Source: Bacteroidota bacterium
Lineage (GTDB): Bacteria > Bacteroidota > Bacteroidia > Bacteroidales > JACABE01
Assembly: GCA_026391675.1 (NCBI GenBank)
Contig: JAPLDQ010000019.1
Coordinates: forward strand, 87,780 to 151,779
Direction: 5' to 3'
DNA length: 64,000 bases
Positions 49,041 to 57,240 of this stretch are shown here, in pieces. The position numbers and the translations under genes are program-made. Within the stretch, counting starts at the first letter, position 1. Each line of letters starts with the position of its first letter. The notes under the pieces are model-generated. The model worked only from the letters and a program-made list of their open reading frames with translations. It was not told the DNA's origin and searched no databases.

Positions 49041-49742
49041 ATGAAAAAACAACAGAAAACAGCATTAATTTCAATAATCATTATTTCGACTATACTGATT
49101 TCCAACCTGTGTTTTGCCCGTGCCGGTGGTGGTGGTGGAACAGGAAGTGGTGGCGGTGGCATACTTATGGTAATACTTGCTTTTATTCTTGCTCCTTTTT
49201 TTTTGGTTTATTCAGCTATACTTACAGTTATGCTTGAAAGAAAAAGAAATAAAGTAGAAAATCTGACCGTAGAATTAAACAAAAGAGATAAAATATGGAA
49301 TTTCAGATCAATGATGGCAAGAGTTGAAGAAGTATTCTTTAAAGTGCAGAAAGCATGGAGTGAAAGGGATCAGGAGTTGGCCAGAGACTGCATGAGCGAC
49401 AGAATTTATCAAAAACATAAAATGCAGACCGATGAAATGATTGCAAAAGGGACAAAAAATGTATTGGAGCGTATCAACTTGAAAGAGGTAATGATATTCA
49501 GTGTTTCAGACTATAAGGATGATTCACTGGATACTTTTTCGGCCCGTATTGAAGGGTCAATGATTGATTATCATAAGGAAGAACTAACTGGCATTATCAT
49601 CTCAGGTGATATAGCTCAACCTGATTCCTTTACTGAAATCTGGACTTTTATCAGGATTGGCAATAAATGGGTATTGGACGAAATAGACCAAAAAGTCACT
49701 ATGGGTGACATCAGACATGGTAAGATATTTACTGAAAAATAA
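49041..49742 (+). CDS. Tim44-like domain membrane protein
   Basis: N-terminal TM, a Gly-run (GGGGGTGSGGGG), a second TM, then 'FFKVQKAWSERDQELARDCMSDRIY...FTEIWTFIRIGNKWVLDEI', which fits the Tim44-like domain pattern (...Aw...D...l......WtF.R....W.L..I). Confidence 0.7.
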   Translation: MKKQQKTALISIIIISTILISNLCFARAGGGGGTGSGGGGILMVILAFILAPFFLVYSAILTVMLERKRNKVENLTVELNKRDKIWNFRSMMARVEEVFFKVQKAWSERDQELARDCMSDRIYQKHKMQTDEMIAKGTKNVLERINLKEVMIFSVSDYKDDSLDTFSARIEGSMIDYHKEELTGIIISGDIAQPDSFTEIWTFIRIGNKWVLDEIDQKVTMGDIRHGKIFTEK

Positions 49743-49819
49743 GTTTTATTTCTAAAAGTAAATAATTGAAAACTGAGGAAAATTCAAATCAATTTAATAG
49801 CAACAAAAATCAATAACCT

Positions 49820-50584
49820 ATGAAAACAAAAATCATTCTTTTAGCAGCAGTAATTATGATAACAACATTTGGCTGTATTAAAAAAACAAGAACTGACAAG
49901 CCGTTAGCTAAGAAAAACAATGCCCTTATCATTGGGAACCCGCTTGATTGTGGGATTGAAAATTTACTTATTTTTCCTGTCGGCTCCAATTACAAAGCTG
50001 TTGTTTATGAATCATCGGAAAACGAAGCTGATATTAAGTTTGCTAAATCTTCAGGTAAATTATCTTTTAGCCTTAATACTTCCAGTAGTTTATACGACAG
50101 AGCTGCAGAAAAAGAATATCTGAATACAGATGAAGATAAGTTTGATATTCGTAACATTCTGTTTTATGACCTCAGCACCGGTAAGACCTATCCCCTGGTG
50201 ACAGACACCCTACATATTCTTTCCTTCGCCATACACAGGGAATTTGGGAAAGCATTGATTTTTTACCGTGTTGTAAAAAATGACAACAACAGTGATTCCA
50301 TCTATAATTCCAAAGATCCTGTTATGCTCTTTATTTCAGATATCTATGGAAAAAATCTGACACAGATTACGCCTGCTGATGAGCAATTTTCTGAATATAC
50401 CTATTACAAACAAACAAAAACTATATTGATTAAATCGATAATTGACAGCGATAAGGATAAATGTTTCACTAATATTGATGAAACAAATTTCAGGGAAATG
50501 AAGATTCTTGAGCCTAAAATGGGGCGTGAAATATTTGCAAAATCTCTGAAAGATTCTTTACGGACACAGTTGAAGGCAAATTAA
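49820..50584 (+). CDS. Hypothetical lipoprotein (254 aa)
   Basis: ORF track. Lipobox 'TTFGCIKK'. No motifs recognised. Confidence 0.65.
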   Translation: MKTKIILLAAVIMITTFGCIKKTRTDKPLAKKNNALIIGNPLDCGIENLLIFPVGSNYKAVVYESSENEADIKFAKSSGKLSFSLNTSSSLYDRAAEKEYLNTDEDKFDIRNILFYDLSTGKTYPLVTDTLHILSFAIHREFGKALIFYRVVKNDNNSDSIYNSKDPVMLFISDIYGKNLTQITPADEQFSEYTYYKQTKTILIKSIIDSDKDKCFTNIDETNFREMKILEPKMGREIFAKSLKDSLRTQLKAN

Positions 50585-50618
50585 ATTTTATATATAAAAA
50601 ACTTCAAAACAAATCAAT

Positions 50619-52220
50619 ATGAAATACAAATTCTCAGTTTTAATCGCATTCTTATGGCTGGCAGCATTCACAGTTTCAGCCGGAAACATTGAGCGTTTTA
50701 CACCGGCAGTCAGCTCAATAAAGGTTTACCTTAATGCAGCCCAGATTACACATACACAGCAACTCACGATTAAGAAAGGTGATAATAAATTTCTTTTCTG
50801 TAGCCTTGCGTCATGTATAGAACCCCGAAATTTAATCCTTGAAAAGCTGGGTAGTGCAAAGCTATTTAAACTTTCATTGATTGCCATAAATGACAGCATT
50901 GATATCTTTAGCCTTGAGCCTGAAATAGTTCAATTATTGGGAGCAAAAAAGGATACATTAATGGTTTTAGAAAGAAGAATACAGAAATTAAGGGCTGAAA
51001 TTGAAGGGCTGGAGATTCAAAAAAGAGCTATCATTAAAAATGGTAATCCTGTTGCTATTGAGATGAACAATCAAATTCTGAGCGTTAATCCAAACCTGCT
51101 GATGGATACATATGCTTCCATATCAACAACCTTAATTGATAAGAAAAAGGAGTTGAAAGATGTTATGCGGGACAAAAGGTATTGCCTTTTGACAGTATTT
51201 GGTATAAACAAGACCTTTTCCTATTCATCACAAATCAATATTATTTTTGCCATTATAAGTAATGATGGAGATGAATATACTACTGAGCTCAGCCTCTCCT
51301 ATCTTACTACCGAAGCGGCATGGAATCCTTTTTATGAAGTAGTAGCTTTAGATAATGCATCTTTAAAGCTTAATTATAATGCGAAAGTACTTAACAACAG
51401 TGGTTTAAACTGGAACAATACAGCAATTACACTTTCCACAGCAGATCCTTTTAATTATTACCGTGCTCCTTTTCTAAGTCCGGTTTATGTTGGTAAATAC
51501 AGAACAACAATAAATAATCAGAATGATAGAAACAATACTCCCATTAATGGATACAGGGATATTAAAGTACCTGACAGGGAAATCAACTTTAAGGTTGCCG
51601 GTTTATACAAGCTTTTAACTAATCCTGAGCCTTATCAGATAAATATCTGTGAATATGAACTGCATCCGGTCCTGGCTTACAGGACTGTTCCTAAAAAAGA
51701 CGCCAATGTTTATATGGTAGCCCGGATAGCAGATTGGGAAAAACTGGACCTGATAGATGGTGAAGCCAGCATTTTCAGCAATGGTCAATATCTTGGAAAG
51801 ACAATAATCTCAGCAAGTGAAACCGAGGATTCGCTGGAAATACCATTAGGCATAGTGAAAAATATTATTGTAAATTATAAGCTTTTAGGTGAATACTCAA
51901 GTAAGAAAATTTTAGGAGGAGACATTGTTTCCACTTATAGTTATGAGATGAAAATAAAGAATAATGATAATACAAAAATCTCACTGGAAATCCTTGACCA
52001 GATACCAGTTTCAGAAGAATCAGCCATTAAAACAGAAATCAATGAAATAACTGATGGTGCCGACAGGGATTTACAAACAGGATTGATTGTCTGGCGTAAA
52101 GAAATCAAAGCTACGTCAGAATGCAGTTTTACATTTAAATATTCTGTTTCCTATCCCAGACGTGGTGGTTATGGTATTCCAAAAGGGAATTACAGATACA
52201 GGAATGCGAGGTTTTTGTAA
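50619..52220 (+). CDS. DUF4140/DUF4139 (MuiA 'mucoidy inhibitor'-like, TIGR02231-type) protein
   Basis: Signal peptide. 'VSSIKVYLNAAQITHTQQLTIKKGDNKFLFCSLASCIEPRNLIL' fits the DUF4140 N-domain. There is a central coiled coil, and the C-terminal beta-rich region fits DUF4139. Confidence 0.65.
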   Translation: MKYKFSVLIAFLWLAAFTVSAGNIERFTPAVSSIKVYLNAAQITHTQQLTIKKGDNKFLFCSLASCIEPRNLILEKLGSAKLFKLSLIAINDSIDIFSLEPEIVQLLGAKKDTLMVLERRIQKLRAEIEGLEIQKRAIIKNGNPVAIEMNNQILSVNPNLLMDTYASISTTLIDKKKELKDVMRDKRYCLLTVFGINKTFSYSSQINIIFAIISNDGDEYTTELSLSYLTTEAAWNPFYEVVALDNASLKLNYNAKVLNNSGLNWNNTAITLSTADPFNYYRAPFLSPVYVGKYRTTINNQNDRNNTPINGYRDIKVPDREINFKVAGLYKLLTNPEPYQINICEYELHPVLAYRTVPKKDANVYMVARIADWEKLDLIDGEASIFSNGQYLGKTIISASETEDSLEIPLGIVKNIIVNYKLLGEYSSKKILGGDIVSTYSYEMKIKNNDNTKISLEILDQIPVSEESAIKTEINEITDGADRDLQTGLIVWRKEIKATSECSFTFKYSVSYPRRGGYGIPKGNYRYRNARFL

Positions 52221-52308
52221 AACAAAAGAATGATATTAAATTACGGTAATATTTAATATAAATCAGACAGCAGTTAAGGAATTATGATAATTGATTTAAA
52301 ACATACTT

Positions 52309-52575
52309 ATGAATGAAAATCTAAATATTAAAATAAGAAGTATGTTCATTTTTTTTGTTGGGTTTTTCCCATTTTACGTATCTGTATTTAGTGACTTTTA
52401 TAATAAATTTGAATTAGGGGTAATATTTATCTGCTTGGGTTCTATAATGCTTTCTCTTGTTTTAGGAATACTTTATTACTTTTTAAGTAAAAAAATGGCA
52501 AATACATTCAGAAACTTAATTTTAATAATTTTTATTTTAATGATAATATATGCCAATTTATGGGCTGTAAATTAA
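52309..52575 (+). CDS. Small hydrophobic protein (88 aa, about 3 TM)
   Basis: ORF track. Three hydrophobic segments. AT-rich. No homolog recognised. Confidence 0.4.
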   Translation: MNENLNIKIRSMFIFFVGFFPFYVSVFSDFYNKFELGVIFICLGSIMLSLVLGILYYFLSKKMANTFRNLILIIFILMIIYANLWAVN

Positions 52576-52637
52576 ATTCAAATTTTTGACTTCCTAAACT
52601 TTACGGATCTACTGGAAGCAGCTCTAATTTTTCAACA

Positions 52638-53507
52638 TTAAGATTTATAGCAATCCAAAACCACAAAAGGCACCTCCATTTGTAAACCGCCATTAGTTTC
52701 AGCTATTTCATTCAGCTTATTCTCACATATTGACATTATTTCATCCGCATTATCAGTGGATTCCATTATTTTCATCCAATGATTTTTAAATGCAGTTTTA
52801 ATAAAATGATGTTGCAGAAATGCAGTTCCGTCCAGAAACTTCATCACATAATTTTCTTCATAAATATGACGGATGCTGAAGCCGGCATGCTCAATCATTT
52901 CAATCTGTTGCTTTATGCTTTTCCTTTTTTGACTGATATGCTGAATGATAGCTTCAATCACTGAATAATAGCCTTCTTCGAGTAAAAGTTCTGTCAGGCA
53001 TTCGTAAAAGAGCGAAAATGTTCCCGGCAGGTTGGCTGTAATGACTAATTGCGCATTTTTTCCTGCGGTCCTGTATGCTTCTTTTAAAACAAGATCAGCA
53101 TTTTCTGTATTATTGATGCCATTATTTGAAACAATAAGATGGAAGATTTCATCATCGAAGGGCATTTCTTCGGCTTTACAATCGAAACAGCGAATGTTTT
53201 TCAACTGCATAGCTGCTGCTTTTGCTTTTAAACGGGAAATGGCAGCTTCTGAAGGATCTATACCATAACAAGTGGATGATAAACCCAGACGCTGAGAAAT
53301 TTCCAGCAGGGGGAATCCTGCACCACAGCCTATATCGAGTACATTTATATTCTTTTTATATTGTAACACATCCAGTAACTTCAGGCCGAAGGGTGCTGAC
53401 CACAATGATAATTCATCAGTTAATCCAGACATTATTTGTGTATTTTCAGCGATGCTTTCGCTGTTGAATACATTTATATCATTTAGATTTGGCTCTTGTG
53501 TTTGCAC
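52638..53507 (-). CDS. Class I SAM-dependent methyltransferase
   Basis: SAM motif I 'VLDIGCGAGFPLLE' and post-I 'YGIDPSE'. GTG start at 53507. A perfect TAGTTTTG -7 box lies on the minus strand at 53531-53524. Confidence 0.8.
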   Translation of the reverse strand: MQTQEPNLNDINVFNSESIAENTQIMSGLTDELSLWSAPFGLKLLDVLQYKKNINVLDIGCGAGFPLLEISQRLGLSSTCYGIDPSEAAISRLKAKAAAMQLKNIRCFDCKAEEMPFDDEIFHLIVSNNGINNTENADLVLKEAYRTAGKNAQLVITANLPGTFSLFYECLTELLLEEGYYSVIEAIIQHISQKRKSIKQQIEMIEHAGFSIRHIYEENYVMKFLDGTAFLQHHFIKTAFKNHWMKIMESTDNADEIMSICENKLNEIAETNGGLQMEVPFVVLDCYKS

Positions 53508-53867
53508 GTTAACATTTTTTTTACAAAACTACATAATCTATTGTTATCAAATAAACATTTGCTGTTCAATGACGCATTTTTTTTGTTAAATGACGAAAAT
53601 AAGGTATTGAACAATGATTAAATTCCGGTAAAATCAAAATTAGCTTAGTAGTTTGTGCCACAATTGAAGTGAGACTGTGAGAAATGTTTTCAGAAATTTA
53701 GTATTTATAACTGCTTTACTTGATAAGTTTTAATTCCAGCATCTTGGACAACCAATATTTTTATTAAAATGCACTTAAAGGTCTTAAAAAACTAATAGAT
53801 TGATATCGCTTTCATTTTACTATTATATAAATTAAATTTTATTAAAATCATTTCTAATTTATAAATA

Positions 53868-54116
53868 GTGCTGGTGCATTAACTTTTTATTTATATTTAT
53901 AACACGTTGATAACAAAATATATATAAGTATTCTTTGATTTTTTGAATTGAATTGACTTTTAGTTTAGCATTAAATTAAAGTGCAAGATTATGAATTCAG
54001 TAAGTATTTTTTGTTCAGCTATTAGTTTAAATAGAACTACTTACAAAAATACAAGTCAATTAAAATTTCAGAGAACAATAGGATATATTTAACTATTAAT
54101 TTTAACGCACCAGCAG
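53868..54116. other. Nested inverted repeats defining a ~250-nt potential long hairpin or structured RNA within an ORF-free AT-rich leader
   Basis: Outer arm TGCTGGTGCATTAA (53869-53882) pairs with TTAACGCACCAGCA (54102-54115) at 13 of 14 positions. Middle arm AATTGACTT (53951-53959) pairs with AAGTCAATT (54053-54061), 9 of 9. Inner arm GTAAGTA (54000-54006) pairs with TACTTAC (54038-54044), 7 of 7. Confidence 0.45.
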
Positions 54117-54495
54117 TAATTTATAAAAACAAATAACTTAAAAAATAATTATGAAATTAATCCTTCTAATTTTATTTTATTAATTTTGGATTGATAAAAT
54201 TATTATTAATTCTTATTTGATATAATGGATCTAACAAATAAACTAATAAATATTATTTATTTCTATTAGATTTTGAAATAAGTATTTAAAAAAAATAGAA
54301 ATTTAACAATAATAAAGACATTACTATTAATTAATTACAGTTACTCTAAGGGAAATAATCTATATTAAAGTTTTTATTTATTATTTTTTTGTATATTATT
54401 AAGTTAATTAAATTAAGATTTAATATCTAAAATTGTAATTTTATTAATTTTAATCTACAAAATGTATTAATATTAAAAAAATCTAATTTTATAAC

Positions 54496-54503
54496 TATTT
54501 TTG
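54496..54503 (+). promoter_or_regulatory. Candidate -7 promoter box (TAnnTTTG) for the ATPase/HNH-like operon
   Basis: 'TATTTTTG' ends 13 nt upstream of the ATG at 54517. Confidence 0.4.
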
Positions 54504-54516
54504 TAAAAAACATGAT

Positions 54517-55905
54517 ATGAAAATTCATAAAATAAGTCTAAATAATTATAATCAATTTAATAATTTAGAAATTGATTTAACTTATCCTAAAGGACATAAA
54601 AAAGAGGGAAAACCTTTGGATAAAATTTGTTTTATTGGACAAAGTGGTACAGGAAAAACAAGTCTATTAAGATTAATAAAGTACTTTATTACTAATAAAA
54701 GAGGAATAGGGACAGGGGTTTCATTAGATCCAATTGAAAAAGATAAAGTTAAAATGATAATGAGTTTTGATAAATTTTTATATGAAAAATTTGTTGAACC
54801 AAAATCTTTTCTAATTCATAATATAACAGACAAAAGCGATGATTCTTGGTTTTCTGAATGGCAAATAGCATTATCAAATCATTTCTCAACATATAAACCG
54901 ATATTAATTAATTTCCCAACTGAAAGATTAGTAAATAAGAATGAAGAGGTTATAAATGATGAAATTATCAAAAATTCTGACGAAAAGAAGAATAAAAGAA
55001 TTAAATATTTAGAAGACTTAAAACCTGGAGAAATAGTTGATTTTGCATTTGAAGATAGCTCAAAGGCATGGGATTTAGTTCTAAGTGATATAAAAAAACA
55101 TCAATCAATAGATTTAGAATGGAGAAGTAAAATTTCAGAAATTATTTTAAAAACAAACTCAGAACCGTCTGATTTTGAAAAGATAAATAGAGAATTTCAA
55201 AATTGGCTAACTAAAAACCCCAATCCACTAGATTTACTAGCAAAAGAAATAAATAAAATTCTTATAGAGTTTGGTATAAAAATCAAAACTGATATTGATA
55301 AAGAATCAATATTCCACATAGGAAGTATTCTATTGCAGACTTTAGATGGAAAAACAATAGATAGGGATTTTTGGAGTACAGGAACAAAGCAAATAATTGA
55401 CACAGCAATCCCATTAATTGAAATAAAACCTAAAAATGCAATAATTCTTATTGATGAACCAGAACGTTCATTATATCCAAATCTTCAACAAAGAATAATT
55501 GATTTTTATACAAATCTTGGAAATAATTGCCAATTCTTTTTTGCAACTCATTCACCAATTATAGCTTCAGCATTTGATCCTTGGGAAATAATTGAATTAA
55601 AATTTGATGAAAGTAAAACAAATGTTATTCAAGAAAAGAATTATCTAAATGAGCGTCATATCGATAATTATACTGTTTTTCCCAAATATTTAAAATGGGA
55701 TGGTATTTTAATGAAACTTTTTGATTTAACTGATGAAGGGAATAATAAATATAGACAAGAAGAATTACAGAAAGTTGCATCTTTAAAAAATGAATTAAAT
55801 GAATTAAAAAATAAAAGAAAAAATAAAGGTGCTGCTTTTGAGAAAAAATTAAATGAATTTATTAAACTGAAAAACAAAGTTGGATGGGATGAAAAAACTG
55901 AATAA
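54517..55905 (+). CDS. ptuA: ABC/AAA_21-type P-loop ATPase, PtuA-like (Septu-type defence ATPase candidate)
   Basis: N-terminal 'IHKISLNNYNQFNNLEIDL' (SMC/RecF-like head start). Walker A 'GQSGTGKTS'. Walker B plus D-loop 'ILIDEPERSLYP'. 'FFFATHSPIIAS' is the ATHSP signature of AAA_21/OLD-like ATPases. C-terminal coiled coil. It overlaps the next gene by 17 nt. Confidence 0.65.
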   Translation: MKIHKISLNNYNQFNNLEIDLTYPKGHKKEGKPLDKICFIGQSGTGKTSLLRLIKYFITNKRGIGTGVSLDPIEKDKVKMIMSFDKFLYEKFVEPKSFLIHNITDKSDDSWFSEWQIALSNHFSTYKPILINFPTERLVNKNEEVINDEIIKNSDEKKNKRIKYLEDLKPGEIVDFAFEDSSKAWDLVLSDIKKHQSIDLEWRSKISEIILKTNSEPSDFEKINREFQNWLTKNPNPLDLLAKEINKILIEFGIKIKTDIDKESIFHIGSILLQTLDGKTIDRDFWSTGTKQIIDTAIPLIEIKPKNAIILIDEPERSLYPNLQQRIIDFYTNLGNNCQFFFATHSPIIASAFDPWEIIELKFDESKTNVIQEKNYLNERHIDNYTVFPKYLKWDGILMKLFDLTDEGNNKYRQEELQKVASLKNELNELKNKRKNKGAAFEKKLNEFIKLKNKVGWDEKTE

Positions 55906-56527
55906 ATCGTTACAATTATCCACAAAATTTAGTTATTGGTATTCAAAAAATAAAACTAAAGATTACAAATCTACCAATGATCCTTTTTATTATGACGTTT
56001 TATATGAGTTATTAATAATTCAAGAGGGTTTATGTGCTTATACTGAAATCAGAATGATTGATGAAAAATCATTAGAAACATTAAAATCAGGATTTAATGA
56101 CGGTAAGTATTCTATTGATTTTAGACCTCAAACACCTGCACAAATTGAACATTTTTCAAAATTAAAGAAGAAATCAAATGGATGGGATTGGAATAATTTA
56201 TTTGCAGTTTATATTGATATAAATCACAAAAAAAACTATTTAGAGGATAGGTATGGAGTTTCATCTATTTTAAAACCCGATAATCCAAGTTATGATCCTT
56301 TAAAATATTTAATGTACGATTCTTCTAATCATATATTTTTCCCAAATTCAAAATTAAAAAAACCATTACAAGATAAAGTTTCAAAAATGATAATAGTTTT
56401 AGGAATAAATAATGATTTTATTAAAATGCAGAGAAGAGAATATATTAATTCAATAAAAGAGAAAGAATATTTTTTGGAAAAGAAATTGGTTATCAATCAG
56501 TTTATTACTGCTTACAATATGATTTAA
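55889..56527 (+). CDS. ptuB: TIGR02646/PtuB-like HNH-family protein with degenerate zinc ligands
   Basis: The HNH core pattern is 'GLCAYTE' (canonical C-A-Y-C-E), 'QIEHFSKL' (I-E-H-F), 'WDWNNLFAV' and 'INHKKN'. The tail 'ILKPDNP...LKYLMYDSSNHIFFPNS...VLGINNDFIKMQRREYI' matches the family's C-terminal '...LNLN..L...R'. The ATG at 55889 is preferred over the TTG at 55880. Confidence 0.6.
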   Translation: MKKLNKSLQLSTKFSYWYSKNKTKDYKSTNDPFYYDVLYELLIIQEGLCAYTEIRMIDEKSLETLKSGFNDGKYSIDFRPQTPAQIEHFSKLKKKSNGWDWNNLFAVYIDINHKKNYLEDRYGVSSILKPDNPSYDPLKYLMYDSSNHIFFPNSKLKKPLQDKVSKMIIVLGINNDFIKMQRREYINSIKEKEYFLEKKLVINQFITAYNMI

Positions 56528-56568
56528 AATATTTTTTACGTATTTATTAATATACTCCCAAATAATAC

Positions 56569-56760
56569 CTAATCATCTCTTTCAGGTCTTTCATCAACAG
56601 GTCTTCCATGAATTGGCCAATCATTTTGGCTTTTCTTTATTTCATTATCACGTCGAGCTTGGTCTTCCCTTTGCCTTCTTTCTTGTTCCTGTCGTTGTCT
56701 TTCTTGTTCAGCTCTTCTTCTTTGTTCTTCTTCAATTCTTTTTTGATCTTCATTACTCAT
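56569..56760 (-). CDS. 63-aa highly charged Glu/Arg/Gln-rich (ER/K single-helix-like) peptide
   Basis: 'RIEEEQRRRAEQERQRQEQERRQREDQARRD'. It lies 12 nt downstream of the 3-TM gene on the same strand. The low-complexity composition means a chance ORF cannot be excluded. Confidence 0.45.
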   Translation of the reverse strand: MSNEDQKRIEEEQRRRAEQERQRQEQERRQREDQARRDNEIKKSQNDWPIHGRPVDERPERDD

Positions 56761-56772
56761 AACTTAAAATAT

Positions 56773-57240
56773 TTAAAGTGAAATAATCATAAAAACAACT
56801 AATATAATAATTGCAAAAATTAATAACAATAAACTTAATCCATTTAAAATATGAGTAAGTTTATTATAAATACATTTTTTACATTCGATTTCGATTTGAT
56901 CTTCTTTTAATTCTTTACCTTTTTCTTTTTTAATAATATTTTTTATTAATTGTACCTCAAATTTATTCGCATAATATGATGTAACCTGTGAAAGTAAATT
57001 TGACACTATTGATAAAGTAAATAATATCCATGAAATTTTTAACATTAAAAAATTCACATTAGGTTTACTTAACAAAATATCTTTTACAAAGCCCATTGAT
57101 AGGGCTAAACCACCACTAGATATCGAAATAATTAATATATCAAATCGATTAAGTGAATATTTAAGATTATCTTTTGTTGCATCTAAATGGGCTTCTAAAT
57201 TAACAATATATTGACTATTTTTATTTGATATTTCTTTCAT
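56773..57240 (-). CDS. Small 3-TM membrane protein (SLATT/DUF4231-like topology; possible membrane effector)
   Basis: N-terminal soluble helix, TM1 'FDILIISISSGGLALSMGFV', TM2 'ISWILFTLSIVSNLLSQVTSY', a charged helix, and a C-terminal TM 'GLSLLLLIFAIIILVVFMIISL'. The similarity to SLATT is topological only. Confidence 0.6.
   Translation of the reverse strand: MKEISNKNSQYIVNLEAHLDATKDNLKYSLNRFDILIISISSGGLALSMGFVKDILLSKPNVNFLMLKISWILFTLSIVSNLLSQVTSYYANKFEVQLIKNIIKKEKGKELKEDQIEIECKKCIYNKLTHILNGLSLLLLIFAIIILVVFMIISL

Noticed and set aside
53521-53542. Possible att-like direct repeat at the island borders (TTACAAAA...TCTATT at 53521-53542 and 57243-57256)
   Set aside because: The match is short, gapped and AT-rich. 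Both copies sit immediately upstream of minus-strand start codons and contain, or resemble, the TAnnTTTG -7 promoter box on that strand. Promoter similarity is the simpler explanation.
53991-54092. 33-aa ORF (MNSVSIFCSAISLNRTTYKNTSQLKFQRTIGYI) inside the nested inverted repeats
   Set aside because: It is short, has no recognisable features, and lies in about 80% A/T sequence where such ORFs arise by chance. It cannot be supported.
53508-54516. Retron (msr/msd plus reverse transcriptase) upstream of the PtuAB-like genes
   Set aside because: No ORF of at least 60 aa exists here on either strand, and no RT motif (YxDD) is seen anywhere nearby. The inverted repeats are kept only as a structural observation, not as a retron call.
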